Positions 26,333-35,413 of a DNA stretch of 64,000 bases are shown one piece after another. Location of the stretch: assembly GCA_020630805.1 (NCBI GenBank), contig JAHDIM010000001.1, positions 5,887 through 69,886 on the forward strand, read 5' to 3'. The DNA is from Anaerolineales bacterium. GTDB taxonomy: Bacteria > Chloroflexota > Anaerolineae > Anaerolineales > UBA6668. Within the stretch, counting starts at the first letter, position 1, and each line of letters opens with the position of its first letter. Below the pieces are notes generated by a model, which saw only the letters and a list, made by a program, of their open reading frames with translations, made no database searches and was not told the origin of the DNA. The position numbers and the translations under genes were made by a program.

Positions 26333-27142
26333 ATGCTAAAAGATCGGTTGCTGGTTGCAGCCATACTTGTTCCTATTGCAACAGTGTTGATGTGGGTAGG
26401 TGGTCTACCCTATCAGTTTGCAATGCTCTTACTGTTGGGAATTGGTGCGTATGAATATGCGCAAATGATGCCAGCACTAAAAGCACATTATGCGGAAGTC
26501 GCATTGCCGCTTTTCGTTGTTGCTTTGGTGTGTGTCAATGTATTCACGCCTCAATATGTGAGCTTGGGGAATGCAGTCGCGCTGATTAGCATTACTATAT
26601 TGTTTTTGCGCCGCTATGAGAAAGGCAATGCTACTTTACATAGCTGGGCATTTATGATTACCGGTGTCTTGTACCTTAGTATTCTCGGTAGCTATTTAGC
26701 GGCTATTCGGACGCTTGAGGCAGGGCGCACATGGACATTTTTGCTGTTGTTGAGCGTCTGGTTCGCCGATAGCGCAGCATATGTTGCTGGGCGGACACTA
26801 GGCAAGACTCGGCTAGTGCCTCGTTTGAGCCCAAACAAGACCTGGGAGGGCTTAATTGGTTCTCTTGTGTTGACAACACTCTTCGGCGGGCTATGGGCCT
26901 GGGTGTGGCTGCAGGTTGAACCAAGTTCGCCGCTGACATTACAGATAGGGGCAATTACTGGATTTCTAGTAGCATTGATTAGCCCATTTGGAGACTTAGC
27001 AATGTCGATGCTAAAACGAGAGGTTGCTGTAAAGGATACCGGGCGTCTCATGGGTGCTCACGGTGGGGTGCTGGACCGGATTGATTCTTGGTTGTTTGCT
27101 GCACCGTTAGTGTATTTCTTAGTTGTCCTAAGTTTTAGTTGA
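26333..27142 (+). CDS. cdsA: Phosphatidate cytidylyltransferase
   Basis: 269 aa, multi-TM, with the SPNKTWEGLIGS signature. Confidence 0.9.
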   Translation: MLKDRLLVAAILVPIATVLMWVGGLPYQFAMLLLLGIGAYEYAQMMPALKAHYAEVALPLFVVALVCVNVFTPQYVSLGNAVALISITILFLRRYEKGNATLHSWAFMITGVLYLSILGSYLAAIRTLEAGRTWTFLLLLSVWFADSAAYVAGRTLGKTRLVPRLSPNKTWEGLIGSLVLTTLFGGLWAWVWLQVEPSSPLTLQIGAITGFLVALISPFGDLAMSMLKREVAVKDTGRLMGAHGGVLDRIDSWLFAAPLVYFLVVLSFS

Positions 27143-27167
27143 CGTGAAAAATCGAGAATGCTACAAT
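27139..27167 (+). promoter_or_regulatory. rho promoter (TTGACG - 17 nt - TGcTACAAT)
   Basis: -35 overlaps the cdsA stop codon. Extended -10 is at 27159-27167. It is followed by an AT-rich leader of more than 180 nt. Confidence 0.65.
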
Positions 27168-27410
27168 CGATTTGAGGTTGTTCTCAATTCGAGCCACAGC
27201 AACCGTTTGCTCATTTACCCACTATATTAAAAGTACGAAAACTTATACAACAAACGCTGTATATATTTGCGTGTTTGTCGTTTGACCTGCTTAGAATGCG
27301 TCTTTACCTGAATTAATATTTAGGATCCCTACTAAACTTGTTGGAAATAAAAATTGAAACATCGGAACTCTTCTAACACCGACCGCCAACCAGCTGTTCG
27401 CTATGAAAAA

Positions 27411-28688
27411 ATGGACATCGCGATGCTGGAAAACCAAACGCTAAGTCAATTGCGTGTTAAGGCGAAAGAAATGGATGTGGCTGGCTATAGCCGCATGAAA
27501 AAGGAAGATCTTATCTTGAATTTGCTGCGAGCAAACGCAGAGCGTCAAGGTTTGAAATTGCGCGGTGGTGTGCTGGAAGTCGTCGAAGATGGCATCGGCT
27601 TTCTGCGTGCATCGAATTATCTTCCTGGACCTGAAGACATTTATGTCAGTCAGAGCCAAATCCGTCGTTTCGGATTACGCACTGGTGACATGGTTATCGG
27701 GCAAGTTCGTCCTCCCAAAGACTCAGAAAAATACTTTGGTCTGATTCGGGTTGAGGCCGTCAATGGGCTTGATCCTGAACAAGCAAAGCGCCGTCGGAAC
27801 TTTGAATCGCTGACGCCGATCTTCCCAGACGAACGGTTCAATCTCGAAACGGATCGATTCACGCTGTCAACCCGCATGCTCAACCTGATTGCTCCAATTG
27901 GGAAAGGCCAACGTGGTCTGATTGTGTCACCACCAAAGTCTGGTAAGACGACAGTGCTGAAAGAAGTGGCTAACGCAATCTCACGAAACTATCCTGGTGT
28001 GCACCTGATGGTGGCACTGATTGGTGAACGGCCCGAAGAAGTCACGGACATGGACCGCTCTGTAGACGCAGAAGTGATCGCCTCTACCTTTGACGAGCCT
28101 GTCAAGTCCCACGTTCGCGTTGCTGAAATGGTCTTGGAGCGCGCAAAGCGCCTCGTTGAAACGGGTCGCGATGTTGTGATTTTGATGGACTCTATTACAC
28201 GCCTAAGCCGAGCTTATAACTTGGTTGTAACGCCATCTGGCCGGACACTTTCTGGTGGTCTTGACCCTGCTGCGTTGTACCCACCCAAACGCTTCTTTGG
28301 TGCCGCCCGTAATATTGAAGATGGTGGTTCATTGACCATTGTGGCAACGTGTTTGGTTGACACCGGGTCACGTATGGATGACATGGTTTACGAAGAATTT
28401 AAAGGGACCGGTAACATGGAACTTCACTTGTCTCGTAAACTGCAAGAACGCCGTGTCTTCCCAGCCTTCAACATTGAACGCTCATCAACGCGTCGTGAAG
28501 AATTGTTGCTGGGTCCAGACATTACGCCGCGCGTATGGCTCATGCGCCGCATGTATGGTCAAATGATTTCACAGCCACCAACAGGGGCTGGGATGGATCA
28601 GATCCAAGCAACCGAAGCGGTGATGAACCAGATGCGTCAGACAGACAACAACTACGAGTTCCTAGAGCAACTCGGGAAAGTGAACTAA
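27411..28688 (+). CDS. rho: Transcription termination factor Rho
   Basis: Rho_N (LSQLRVKAKEMDVAGYSRMKKEDLILNLL), an RNA-binding domain and Walker A PPKSGKTT. The start is uncertain (ATG 27411 or 27423, or TTG 27354). Confidence 0.93.
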   Translation: MDIAMLENQTLSQLRVKAKEMDVAGYSRMKKEDLILNLLRANAERQGLKLRGGVLEVVEDGIGFLRASNYLPGPEDIYVSQSQIRRFGLRTGDMVIGQVRPPKDSEKYFGLIRVEAVNGLDPEQAKRRRNFESLTPIFPDERFNLETDRFTLSTRMLNLIAPIGKGQRGLIVSPPKSGKTTVLKEVANAISRNYPGVHLMVALIGERPEEVTDMDRSVDAEVIASTFDEPVKSHVRVAEMVLERAKRLVETGRDVVILMDSITRLSRAYNLVVTPSGRTLSGGLDPAALYPPKRFFGAARNIEDGGSLTIVATCLVDTGSRMDDMVYEEFKGTGNMELHLSRKLQERRVFPAFNIERSSTRREELLLGPDITPRVWLMRRMYGQMISQPPTGAGMDQIQATEAVMNQMRQTDNNYEFLEQLGKVN

Positions 28689-28715
28689 ACACTTTCAAAT
28701 TAAAACTGTTTTTTG

Positions 28716-28743
28716 ACGGCTCGCTGCACGCGAGCCGTTTTTG
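28716..28743 (+). terminator. Intrinsic terminator after rho
   Basis: ACGGCTCGC-tgcac-GCGAGCCGT followed by TTTTTG. Confidence 0.8.
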
Positions 28744-28852
28744 TTCCAATATTGTGAGACAACGCTGACACTACTGCACAGCAACTATTAATGCGTTTCC
28801 ACCGCTAGAGAAAGTAAGATTCAATTCTGTTATTGCACAATAAAAATATTTT

Positions 28853-30001
28853 ATGTCTGATTCTGAATCTGAAAAAACAATCACGTTTCAAGACCGCATT
28901 GAAAGCTTGCGGCGTTTTTTGCCACATATTGCGGTAATTGCCTCTGCAGTTGCCATTGGCTTATTTCTTCGTTTAGATCCTGTCAATCGGGTGCAAGCAC
29001 TAGATTTACCTGAAATCACGGATGCACCCCCAGTCGTGGAAGTTGCAGAGGAAGAAGTACCCATCATCCCGCAAGATTTTCCGCCAGACGACGATGTTTT
29101 ATTCATCCAAGATGATGCGACCATTATTCGTAAAGTAGATCCACAAACGAATATTCCAGCCCGGGCGCGGACATCCCCCGTAGAGTATGAAGTGTTGCCC
29201 GGTGACAGTTTATATGGAATTGCAGAAAAACACGGGCTGAATGCAGAAACAATTTTGTGGAGTAACGTGGCAGTACTTGCAGATGACCCGCATAATTTGA
29301 CTCCAGGTCAAGAGCTACTGATTCCGCCTGTTGACGGGGTGCTTTATCTTGTCCAAGAGCAAGACGGAATCAATGGTGTGGCGAAAGGCCTCAACGTGGA
29401 CGTTTCAACGCTCATTGATTACGAAGGCAACGACATTGATAAAGAAGAGCCTGATCTGATTCCAGGCACTTATGTGATGGCTGTTGGGGGGTCGCGGGAC
29501 TTGAAAATCCCTGGGCCAGTTCTGCAAGAAACCAATCAGACAACATCTACGGGACAGAAAATTTTCCGTGCCTTTTGGAGTGCCGCTGGTTCTGGCGCTT
29601 GTGCTGGCGAGGGAAGTTATCGTGGTCCAGTTGGGAATACCTCTTTTGTCTGGCCGGCAAATAACCGTTCGATCTCTGGTTACAATTATTCAGCAGTGCA
29701 TCAAGGGTTAGATATTGCGGCTGGGATTGGTGATCCGATTTATACGTCAGACAATGGTGTGGTGGTTTTCTCTGGCTGGAGCCATTGGGGCTATGGCAAT
29801 ATGGTCGTGGTAGACCATGGTAACGGCTTCCAGTCGGTTTATGCGCACCTTTCGCAGATCAATGTCGGTTGTGGACAAGGCGTTTCTCAAGGGGGCGTTA
29901 TTGGCCTTGCAGGGAGCACTGGGAATTCAAGTGGGCCGCACTTGCACTACGAAATTTTATTCAATGGCGCACGGCAAAACCCGTGGTCATATTTGCAGTA
30001 G
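28853..30001 (+). CDS. LysM domain-containing M23 family metallopeptidase
   Basis: TM anchor, LysM (YEVLPGDSLYGIAEKHGLNAETILWSN), and M23 motifs HQGLD and GPHLHYE. Confidence 0.88.
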   Translation: MSDSESEKTITFQDRIESLRRFLPHIAVIASAVAIGLFLRLDPVNRVQALDLPEITDAPPVVEVAEEEVPIIPQDFPPDDDVLFIQDDATIIRKVDPQTNIPARARTSPVEYEVLPGDSLYGIAEKHGLNAETILWSNVAVLADDPHNLTPGQELLIPPVDGVLYLVQEQDGINGVAKGLNVDVSTLIDYEGNDIDKEEPDLIPGTYVMAVGGSRDLKIPGPVLQETNQTTSTGQKIFRAFWSAAGSGACAGEGSYRGPVGNTSFVWPANNRSISGYNYSAVHQGLDIAAGIGDPIYTSDNGVVVFSGWSHWGYGNMVVVDHGNGFQSVYAHLSQINVGCGQGVSQGGVIGLAGSTGNSSGPHLHYEILFNGARQNPWSYLQ

Positions 30002-30094
30002 GCGGCTATAGCCTTTCAATATTGCATCAAACCTTCTAAAATGTGGCGGCTCTGTTTCTTAACATGACAGACCGTATTCAAGAATAGTTAGTTT

Positions 30095-30754
30095 ATGAAA
30101 TTATCAATCATCATGCCTGTATTCAATGAGGCAGAAACAATTCACGCCATTATTGAAAAAGTGCGTGAATTACCCATGCCGTTTGAACTGGTTCTCGTCA
30201 ACGATGCGTCATCTGATGGCTCAGGTGCAATTTTGGACGAATATGGCAAAGATGATGGTGTGCTGGTCTTGCATCACCCAGTTAATCGAGGGAAAGGCGC
30301 TGCACTCGCAACCGCTTTGAAAGCGGCGACGGGAGATGTTGCCGTCATTCAAGATGCCGATCTTGAATATGATCCACAAGACTTTGTGAAGATGCTTGCT
30401 GTCATTGAAACTGGTAACACAGATGTTGTTTATGGTGTGCGCGATCTAGCCAGCCAAAAGACGATTATGCGCTTTGGTAATAATCTGATGAGCTGGATTA
30501 CGAGCGTTTTATATGGCACGCGTTTACGTGACATGGAAACTTGCTACAAAATGATGTCTCGGAAAGCATTTGAACCATTGAATTTGGAATGCAAGCGCTT
30601 CGATGTTGAAGCCGAGATTACGGCAAAATTATTGAAAGCTGGCCACAAAATTGTTGAAATGCCCATTAGCTATGAGGCGCGCTACGAAAATAAAAAGCTG
30701 TCCCCATTGGACGGTATTCCAACCTTGTGGGCGCTACTGAAATATCGATTTTAG
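30095..30754 (+). CDS. Family 2 glycosyltransferase (polyprenol-phosphate sugar transferase-like)
   Basis: LSIIMPVFNE, VNDASSDGS and QDADLEYDP (DxD). Confidence 0.85.
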   Translation: MKLSIIMPVFNEAETIHAIIEKVRELPMPFELVLVNDASSDGSGAILDEYGKDDGVLVLHHPVNRGKGAALATALKAATGDVAVIQDADLEYDPQDFVKMLAVIETGNTDVVYGVRDLASQKTIMRFGNNLMSWITSVLYGTRLRDMETCYKMMSRKAFEPLNLECKRFDVEAEITAKLLKAGHKIVEMPISYEARYENKKLSPLDGIPTLWALLKYRF

Positions 30755-30780
30755 TAAGGCGCTAGTGCGTTAGAACAAGA

Positions 30781-30809
30781 GCCGGTTGCACTTGCAATCG
30801 GCTTTTTTT
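30781..30809 (+). terminator. Intrinsic terminator after the GT2 gene
   Basis: GCCGGTTGC-actt-GCAATCGGC (one G-U pair) followed by seven T. Confidence 0.8.
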
Positions 30810-30810
30810 G

Positions 30811-30838
30811 TTGAAATTTTTGGGCAAGCGAGTATACT
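30811..30838 (+). promoter_or_regulatory. rarA promoter (TTGAAA - 16 nt - TATACT), 6 nt before the ATG
   Basis: TATACT at 30833-30838, then gccgtc, then ATG at 30845. No SD. Confidence 0.55.
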
Positions 30839-30844
30839 GCCGTC

Positions 30845-32260
30845 ATGGATTTATTTGACTACGCCAACGAAAAACGCATGGAAACAGAGGCGCCTTTAGC
30901 TGCCCGCATGCGCCCGCGAACGCTTGATGAATATATTGGGCAGGAGCATGTCGTCGGTGAAGGACGTTTGCTGCGTCGCGCAATCAAAGCCGACCGGTTG
31001 TTTTCATCACTGTTGTTTTGGGGACCGCCGGGCGTTGGTAAAACGACACTAGCAAAGCTTATTTCACGGCATACCAAGGCGCACTTCGCAACGCTTAGCG
31101 CTGTGCTAGATGGCGTGCCTGCGCTGCGGGAGCAGATCAAATTAGCACAAGAACGCCGTAAGTTGTACAACCAGCGCACGTTGCTATTTGTGGATGAAGT
31201 CCATCGTTGGAGTAAGTCTCAGCAGGATGCACTGTTGCCTCATGTTGAGAACGGCACGTTTGTGTTGATTGGGGCCACTACAGAAAATCCATATTTCGAA
31301 GTGAATGGGGCGCTTGTGTCGCGTTCTCGTGTGTTTCAACTGCAACAATTGACAGCGGAACATATGACTCAAGTGTTGCAGCAGGCGTTGTCGGATCCCG
31401 AACGAGGCTATGGCAAGCGCAATATCAACATTGATGATGATGCCTTTGTCCACTTGGTCAATATCGCCGATGGAGACGCCCGCAACGCGTTGAATGCATT
31501 GGAACTTGCCGTTGAAAGTACAGATCCGGATGCAATGGGTGTCATTCACGTCACGCTAGATGTTGCGCAAGAGTCCATTCAGCGCCGGGCTGTGCTTTAT
31601 GACAAAGACGGTGACGCGCACTATGACACCATTAGTGCGTTCATCAAGTCTATTCGGGGTTCTGACCCAGACGCAGCTTTGTATTGGTTAGCAAAAATGC
31701 TATATGCCGGTGAAACGCCGCGCTTTATTATGCGGCGGCTTTTGATCTTAGCCTCTGAAGACATTGGGCTGGCAGATCCACAAGCGCTGGTTGTCACGAG
31801 CGCAGCCATGCAGTCACTGGAATTTATCGGGATGCCAGAGGGGATTTTTCCACTCACACAAGCGACACTGTATTTGGCGACTGCGCCAAAGTCCAACACA
31901 ACAACGCATTACTTCAAGGCGTTTGAACGCGTCTCTAAAATGGGGCAGTTAGATGTCCCGAAGCATCTTCAAGACTCAAATAGAGATGGCAAAGCATTGG
32001 GGCATGGGCAAGGCTATGTCTATCCCCATGCGCAAGACGACCACTGGGCAGCGCAACAATATTTGCCAGATACGTTGCTTGGGACTTACTTTTATGAGCC
32101 TTCAGATCAAGGCTATGAGCGTGAGGTTGAGTCTCGTCTAGCACGCTGGCGAGATGCGCAACGCGAGGCACTCAATATTGAACGCGAAGAGCGCTTTGCA
32201 GATTACAACGAAGAAAGCCTAGTTAAAATAAAAAGGACATTTGGAAATACCCTTCGGTAA
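30845..32260 (+). CDS. rarA: Replication-associated recombination protein A (AAA+ ATPase)
   Basis: 471 aa. MRPRTLDEYIGQEH, GPPGVGKTTLAKLI, LFVDEVHRWSK and a MgsA_C-type tail. Confidence 0.92.
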   Translation: MDLFDYANEKRMETEAPLAARMRPRTLDEYIGQEHVVGEGRLLRRAIKADRLFSSLLFWGPPGVGKTTLAKLISRHTKAHFATLSAVLDGVPALREQIKLAQERRKLYNQRTLLFVDEVHRWSKSQQDALLPHVENGTFVLIGATTENPYFEVNGALVSRSRVFQLQQLTAEHMTQVLQQALSDPERGYGKRNINIDDDAFVHLVNIADGDARNALNALELAVESTDPDAMGVIHVTLDVAQESIQRRAVLYDKDGDAHYDTISAFIKSIRGSDPDAALYWLAKMLYAGETPRFIMRRLLILASEDIGLADPQALVVTSAAMQSLEFIGMPEGIFPLTQATLYLATAPKSNTTTHYFKAFERVSKMGQLDVPKHLQDSNRDGKALGHGQGYVYPHAQDDHWAAQQYLPDTLLGTYFYEPSDQGYEREVESRLARWRDAQREALNIEREERFADYNEESLVKIKRTFGNTLR

Positions 32261-32294
32261 CCAAATGCCCTTTTGTCTCGGAAAAATGACAAGC

Positions 32295-33149
32295 TTATTC
32301 GTTTTCGTGGTCTTCTAGAAATGAGAGGTCACTAAACGCAGTGATTTCCACCTGACGTTCAGTGAGGTAAGTGTTGGGGATTACAACCCGACGACCGTCC
32401 ACCTCAATTTCACTATTGAGTGTGCCAATGCCTTCAAGCACACCTTCTTGCTCATTGATCTTGATCGTGTCACCTGTTGTGAACGTGTCACGCGCGTAGT
32501 GTCCGGCAAGAACATTCTTGGCAATATCGCGACCGCCAAGTGCAAACGTCAACCCAAAGCCAGCAGCGATAATAGCGAGCAGGGTGCTAAACGTGTTGGT
32601 GAGCAGCGTGACGTCCATCCCCAGTTGACCCAAGGCAACAATCGAAGCGATGATGACTACGAGCCCTTGGGCGATGTTGCCCAGCGTTTCATAAAACTCA
32701 ACCCCAATTCCATCCATTGCGACGGCAACGGTACGCCCCAAGAAACGCCCAAGCATGACCCCGACAATGAGCGTGATCAAAGCAGACACAACGCTTGGAA
32801 TGTAATTGATCAGGCTGCGGAGCGTGTCGACTAAGGCGGTAATGCCCAGAATTTCGAGCGGCACGATTAGCAAATTGATAAAAACGATCCAATAGATAAT
32901 GCGCTCAAGAATGTCACTTCCGCTTAATTCAATTCCAGCACGTTGCATATTGTCTGCAAGACCAAGCCGTTCTGGAAGCGCATCAATGCCAAAGCGTGCG
33001 CCAAGCGTGCGGACAACACGCGCAATAATTTTAGATATGAAATGCGTGATGATTAAAAAGATTGTCGCGCCAAGTAATCGCGGAACAAATTCAATCAGAT
33101 CACTGATAAGACCGTTTATTGAAGACTGAATAGTTTGAACAATTTCCAT
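32295..33149 (-). CDS. Mechanosensitive-channel-like (MscS family / conserved TM-helix) membrane protein
   Basis: 284 aa with several TM helices. It has a C-terminal MscS-type beta domain, GDTIKINEQEGVLEGIGTLNSEIEVDGRRVVIPNTYL. Confidence 0.7.
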   Translation of the reverse strand: MEIVQTIQSSINGLISDLIEFVPRLLGATIFLIITHFISKIIARVVRTLGARFGIDALPERLGLADNMQRAGIELSGSDILERIIYWIVFINLLIVPLEILGITALVDTLRSLINYIPSVVSALITLIVGVMLGRFLGRTVAVAMDGIGVEFYETLGNIAQGLVVIIASIVALGQLGMDVTLLTNTFSTLLAIIAAGFGLTFALGGRDIAKNVLAGHYARDTFTTGDTIKINEQEGVLEGIGTLNSEIEVDGRRVVIPNTYLTERQVEITAFSDLSFLEDHENE

Positions 33150-33151
33150 AG

Positions 33152-33481
33152 TTAACTTTTCTCTCTACGCTTGCGTCTAGAAACCAGCGCCTTTCGCTGT
33201 TGTTTATTCCGAGTAAATAGCGGGGAAAGTAATTTGAGGACGACTTGTACGAAACCAGCGCCTGCAAACGTCAAGGATCGGTTCGCTAGTGTGTCGCGTG
33301 CAATGCTGCCGCGCAGACGGTCTTCAATGTTTTGGGCATCTAATTCGTTGAGTTCAGGAATGTCTTCCCCAAGCATTCCTAAATCAGCGAGTAGTGCTTC
33401 CAATTCAGCATCTGTAACGTCGGTCTCTGTTGAGTTTGCGTTTTCGGGTTCTAGAGGGGTGTTTTCTTGTTGTGAACTCAT
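33152..33481 (-). CDS. Small hypothetical protein (acidic N-terminus, hydrophobic segment, basic tail); candidate sigma-factor partner
   Basis: 109 aa. The start overlaps the sigma factor stop (ATGA). The stop lies 2 nt before the MscS-like gene. No recognisable anti-sigma zinc motif. Confidence 0.5.
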   Translation of the reverse strand: MSSQQENTPLEPENANSTETDVTDAELEALLADLGMLGEDIPELNELDAQNIEDRLRGSIARDTLANRSLTFAGAGFVQVVLKLLSPLFTRNKQQRKALVSRRKRREKS

Positions 33482-34074
33482 TGCGCGCCTCCATTTTGTA
33501 ACTGTACGTAAGCCTCTTTTAAAGCGGCTCTAGCGCGTTGCACCCGCATTTTTGCTGCACTAACGCTAATGTCTAGCGTTTCAGCAATTTCAATATAGGG
33601 CTTTTGATGAATATCTTTAAGATAAATAATTTCACTGTCTGCTGAGCGCAGTTCAGCGAGCGCCTTCTTTAGCAAGGTCATGCGCTCATTTTTCAACCAT
33701 ATTGACTCTGGGCTGTCTTTTTGCGGCAATACTTCTGCTAAGTCGTCTATTGTGGTTGAACTATTGACAGGGCGTCTGGACCGGCGGCGCAACTCATTTT
33801 GGCTGGTGTTGATTGCAATGCGGTAGAGCCAAGTTTTGAATGAGGCTTTGCCTTGAAATTGCGCCATGCTACGGTAGGCCTTGACGAATACGTCTTGGGT
33901 CAGGTCTTCAGCGTCTTCTGAGTTATGAACAAACCGATAGCAAGCACGCCAGATCATCTTTTTATGTCGTGCAAAAAGAACACGAAATGGACGATCATCG
34001 CTGCCTCTACGCGCTATGGCGAGCTGGACTAACTCTTCGTCAGTCAGTTCGGTGAAATCTGTTTGCGCAGTCAT
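33478..34074 (-). CDS. ECF-type sigma-70 family RNA polymerase sigma factor
   Basis: Region 2 is EDAEDLTQDVFVKAYRS. Region 4 is YIEIAETLDISVSAAKMRVQRAR. I chose the ATG at 34074, because the track extension would run across a hairpin. Confidence 0.88.
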   Translation of the reverse strand: MTAQTDFTELTDEELVQLAIARRGSDDRPFRVLFARHKKMIWRACYRFVHNSEDAEDLTQDVFVKAYRSMAQFQGKASFKTWLYRIAINTSQNELRRRSRRPVNSSTTIDDLAEVLPQKDSPESIWLKNERMTLLKKALAELRSADSEIIYLKDIHQKPYIEIAETLDISVSAAKMRVQRARAALKEAYVQLQNGGAQ

Positions 34075-34082
34075 TCTGAAAT

Positions 34083-34119
34083 AAAAAAATGGTCGTGACG
34101 CGACCGCCACGACCATTTT
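34083..34119 (-). terminator. Terminator-like hairpin between the TM-helix gene and the sigma factor start
   Basis: Minus strand reads AAAATGGTCGTG-gcggtcgcgt-CACGACCATTTT followed by TTTATTT. It ends 8 nt before the sigma ATG. Confidence 0.6.
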
Positions 34120-34177
34120 ACCGTTAAGTCAGTAGACTGTTACACCGATTGCAGAAGTCTGCCAGTGTATTGGCGGA

Positions 34178-35356
34178 TTAGTTCAATTGGTTGTCGAAAC
34201 GTTCCAATTGCTTTTTCGCCCAGTCGCGACCACCTAAACCGAATGCGATAGCGCCTGCGACAGCTAATGCCATCACGATTGAGCTAAAGGCCAAATTGAC
34301 AATGTCGTCTGCCAAGCCCATGCGGCCCAATGCCATTGCACCGAACAGGAGCAATACTGCTGAGCGGGCGATGGTAGCAATCATGGCGGAATTCTTGCCA
34401 GCGCCACTTTGGATGGTGGTTGCAGCCAAATTTGCCAACCAAAGACCGATGATCAAAATCACTGAACCAAACAGGATGTTGCCACCGAAGCTGATTACAG
34501 TTGACACGATTTCGGTCAAGCTACCGAAGTTGAGCATGTCAACCGCTGCGTTTACAGCAATCAACATCAGACCAACCATGGTGATGGTGCCAACCAATTG
34601 TGATGGGCTGCGTTCACCGCGGTAGTTCAAGCCAATTGCGCTTGGAACGCGGTCAAAACCAATGCTGGTCAAGGCGCTAGCAACAATACTTGAAAGCAGT
34701 CGTCCAACGAAGTAGGCGATGTACAGCAGCAAGCCAGCACCAAAGATGCTAGGAATTGCACCCAAGAAGGTGTCAAGCATTTGGCTAGCAGGGGCTGCAA
34801 TTTCTTGCATGTCCATTGCGCCAAGCGCTTGGACAATACCTGGGATCAGGATCAAAGCGAAGACGATTGAACCGGCCAAGCTTGAAACTGAAGGATTTGA
34901 CATGCCTACGCGTTCGCTCAAGCGATCTGCGCCAACTGCTGCGAGCAGATTGCGCACGATGTTGCTTGCGACACGAGCGATCAAGTAGGTCACACCTAGG
35001 ATCAAAGCGCCGTTGATGATCTTAGGTACAGCAGTGAAGAAGCTGGCCAGCATTTCCTTGACTGGATCTAGTACACTTTGCAGACCTAGGTAGTCCAACA
35101 AGATCATTAGGACGAAGAGCATCAATACGTAGTAAACGAAAGTGCCAATGCCTTTTTCCAATTCCATGCCGTCACCGCCATCTGAACCCATTGCGTTTGC
35201 GACACGTTCATCTAGGCTGGTACGACCAAGTAAGCGAGCAACCATGTTGCCAACCCAACGGGCGATCATGCGGCCAATCAGGAAGATTGCAATTGCAATC
35301 AGTAAGTTGATGATCCAACTACCGAAAGTTGGAATTAGATTTGTTAGTTGATCCAT
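34178..35356 (-). CDS. Conserved-TM-helix repeat membrane protein (MscS-associated type)
   Basis: 392 aa. It is built from repeated units of the type LLIAIAIFLIGRMIARWVGNMVARLL / LILGVTYLIARVASNIVRNLLA / LLLYIAYFVGRLLSSIVASAL. GGAG lies upstream. Confidence 0.6.
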   Translation of the reverse strand: MDQLTNLIPTFGSWIINLLIAIAIFLIGRMIARWVGNMVARLLGRTSLDERVANAMGSDGGDGMELEKGIGTFVYYVLMLFVLMILLDYLGLQSVLDPVKEMLASFFTAVPKIINGALILGVTYLIARVASNIVRNLLAAVGADRLSERVGMSNPSVSSLAGSIVFALILIPGIVQALGAMDMQEIAAPASQMLDTFLGAIPSIFGAGLLLYIAYFVGRLLSSIVASALTSIGFDRVPSAIGLNYRGERSPSQLVGTITMVGLMLIAVNAAVDMLNFGSLTEIVSTVISFGGNILFGSVILIIGLWLANLAATTIQSGAGKNSAMIATIARSAVLLLFGAMALGRMGLADDIVNLAFSSIVMALAVAGAIAFGLGGRDWAKKQLERFDNQLN

Positions 35357-35413
35357 TTATCTATATCTCCTCGAACATTGAGCATGTTTGAATTTGTAAG
35401 GTTTCATTATCCT

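Noticed and set aside
35357-35413. TGAAAC-type -35 motif close to the TM-helix gene start as the ECF promoter.
   Set aside because: No CGT- or GTC-type -10 lies at the expected 16-17 nt spacing. The upstream TGTAAC-N17-GTCA fits better, though still weakly.
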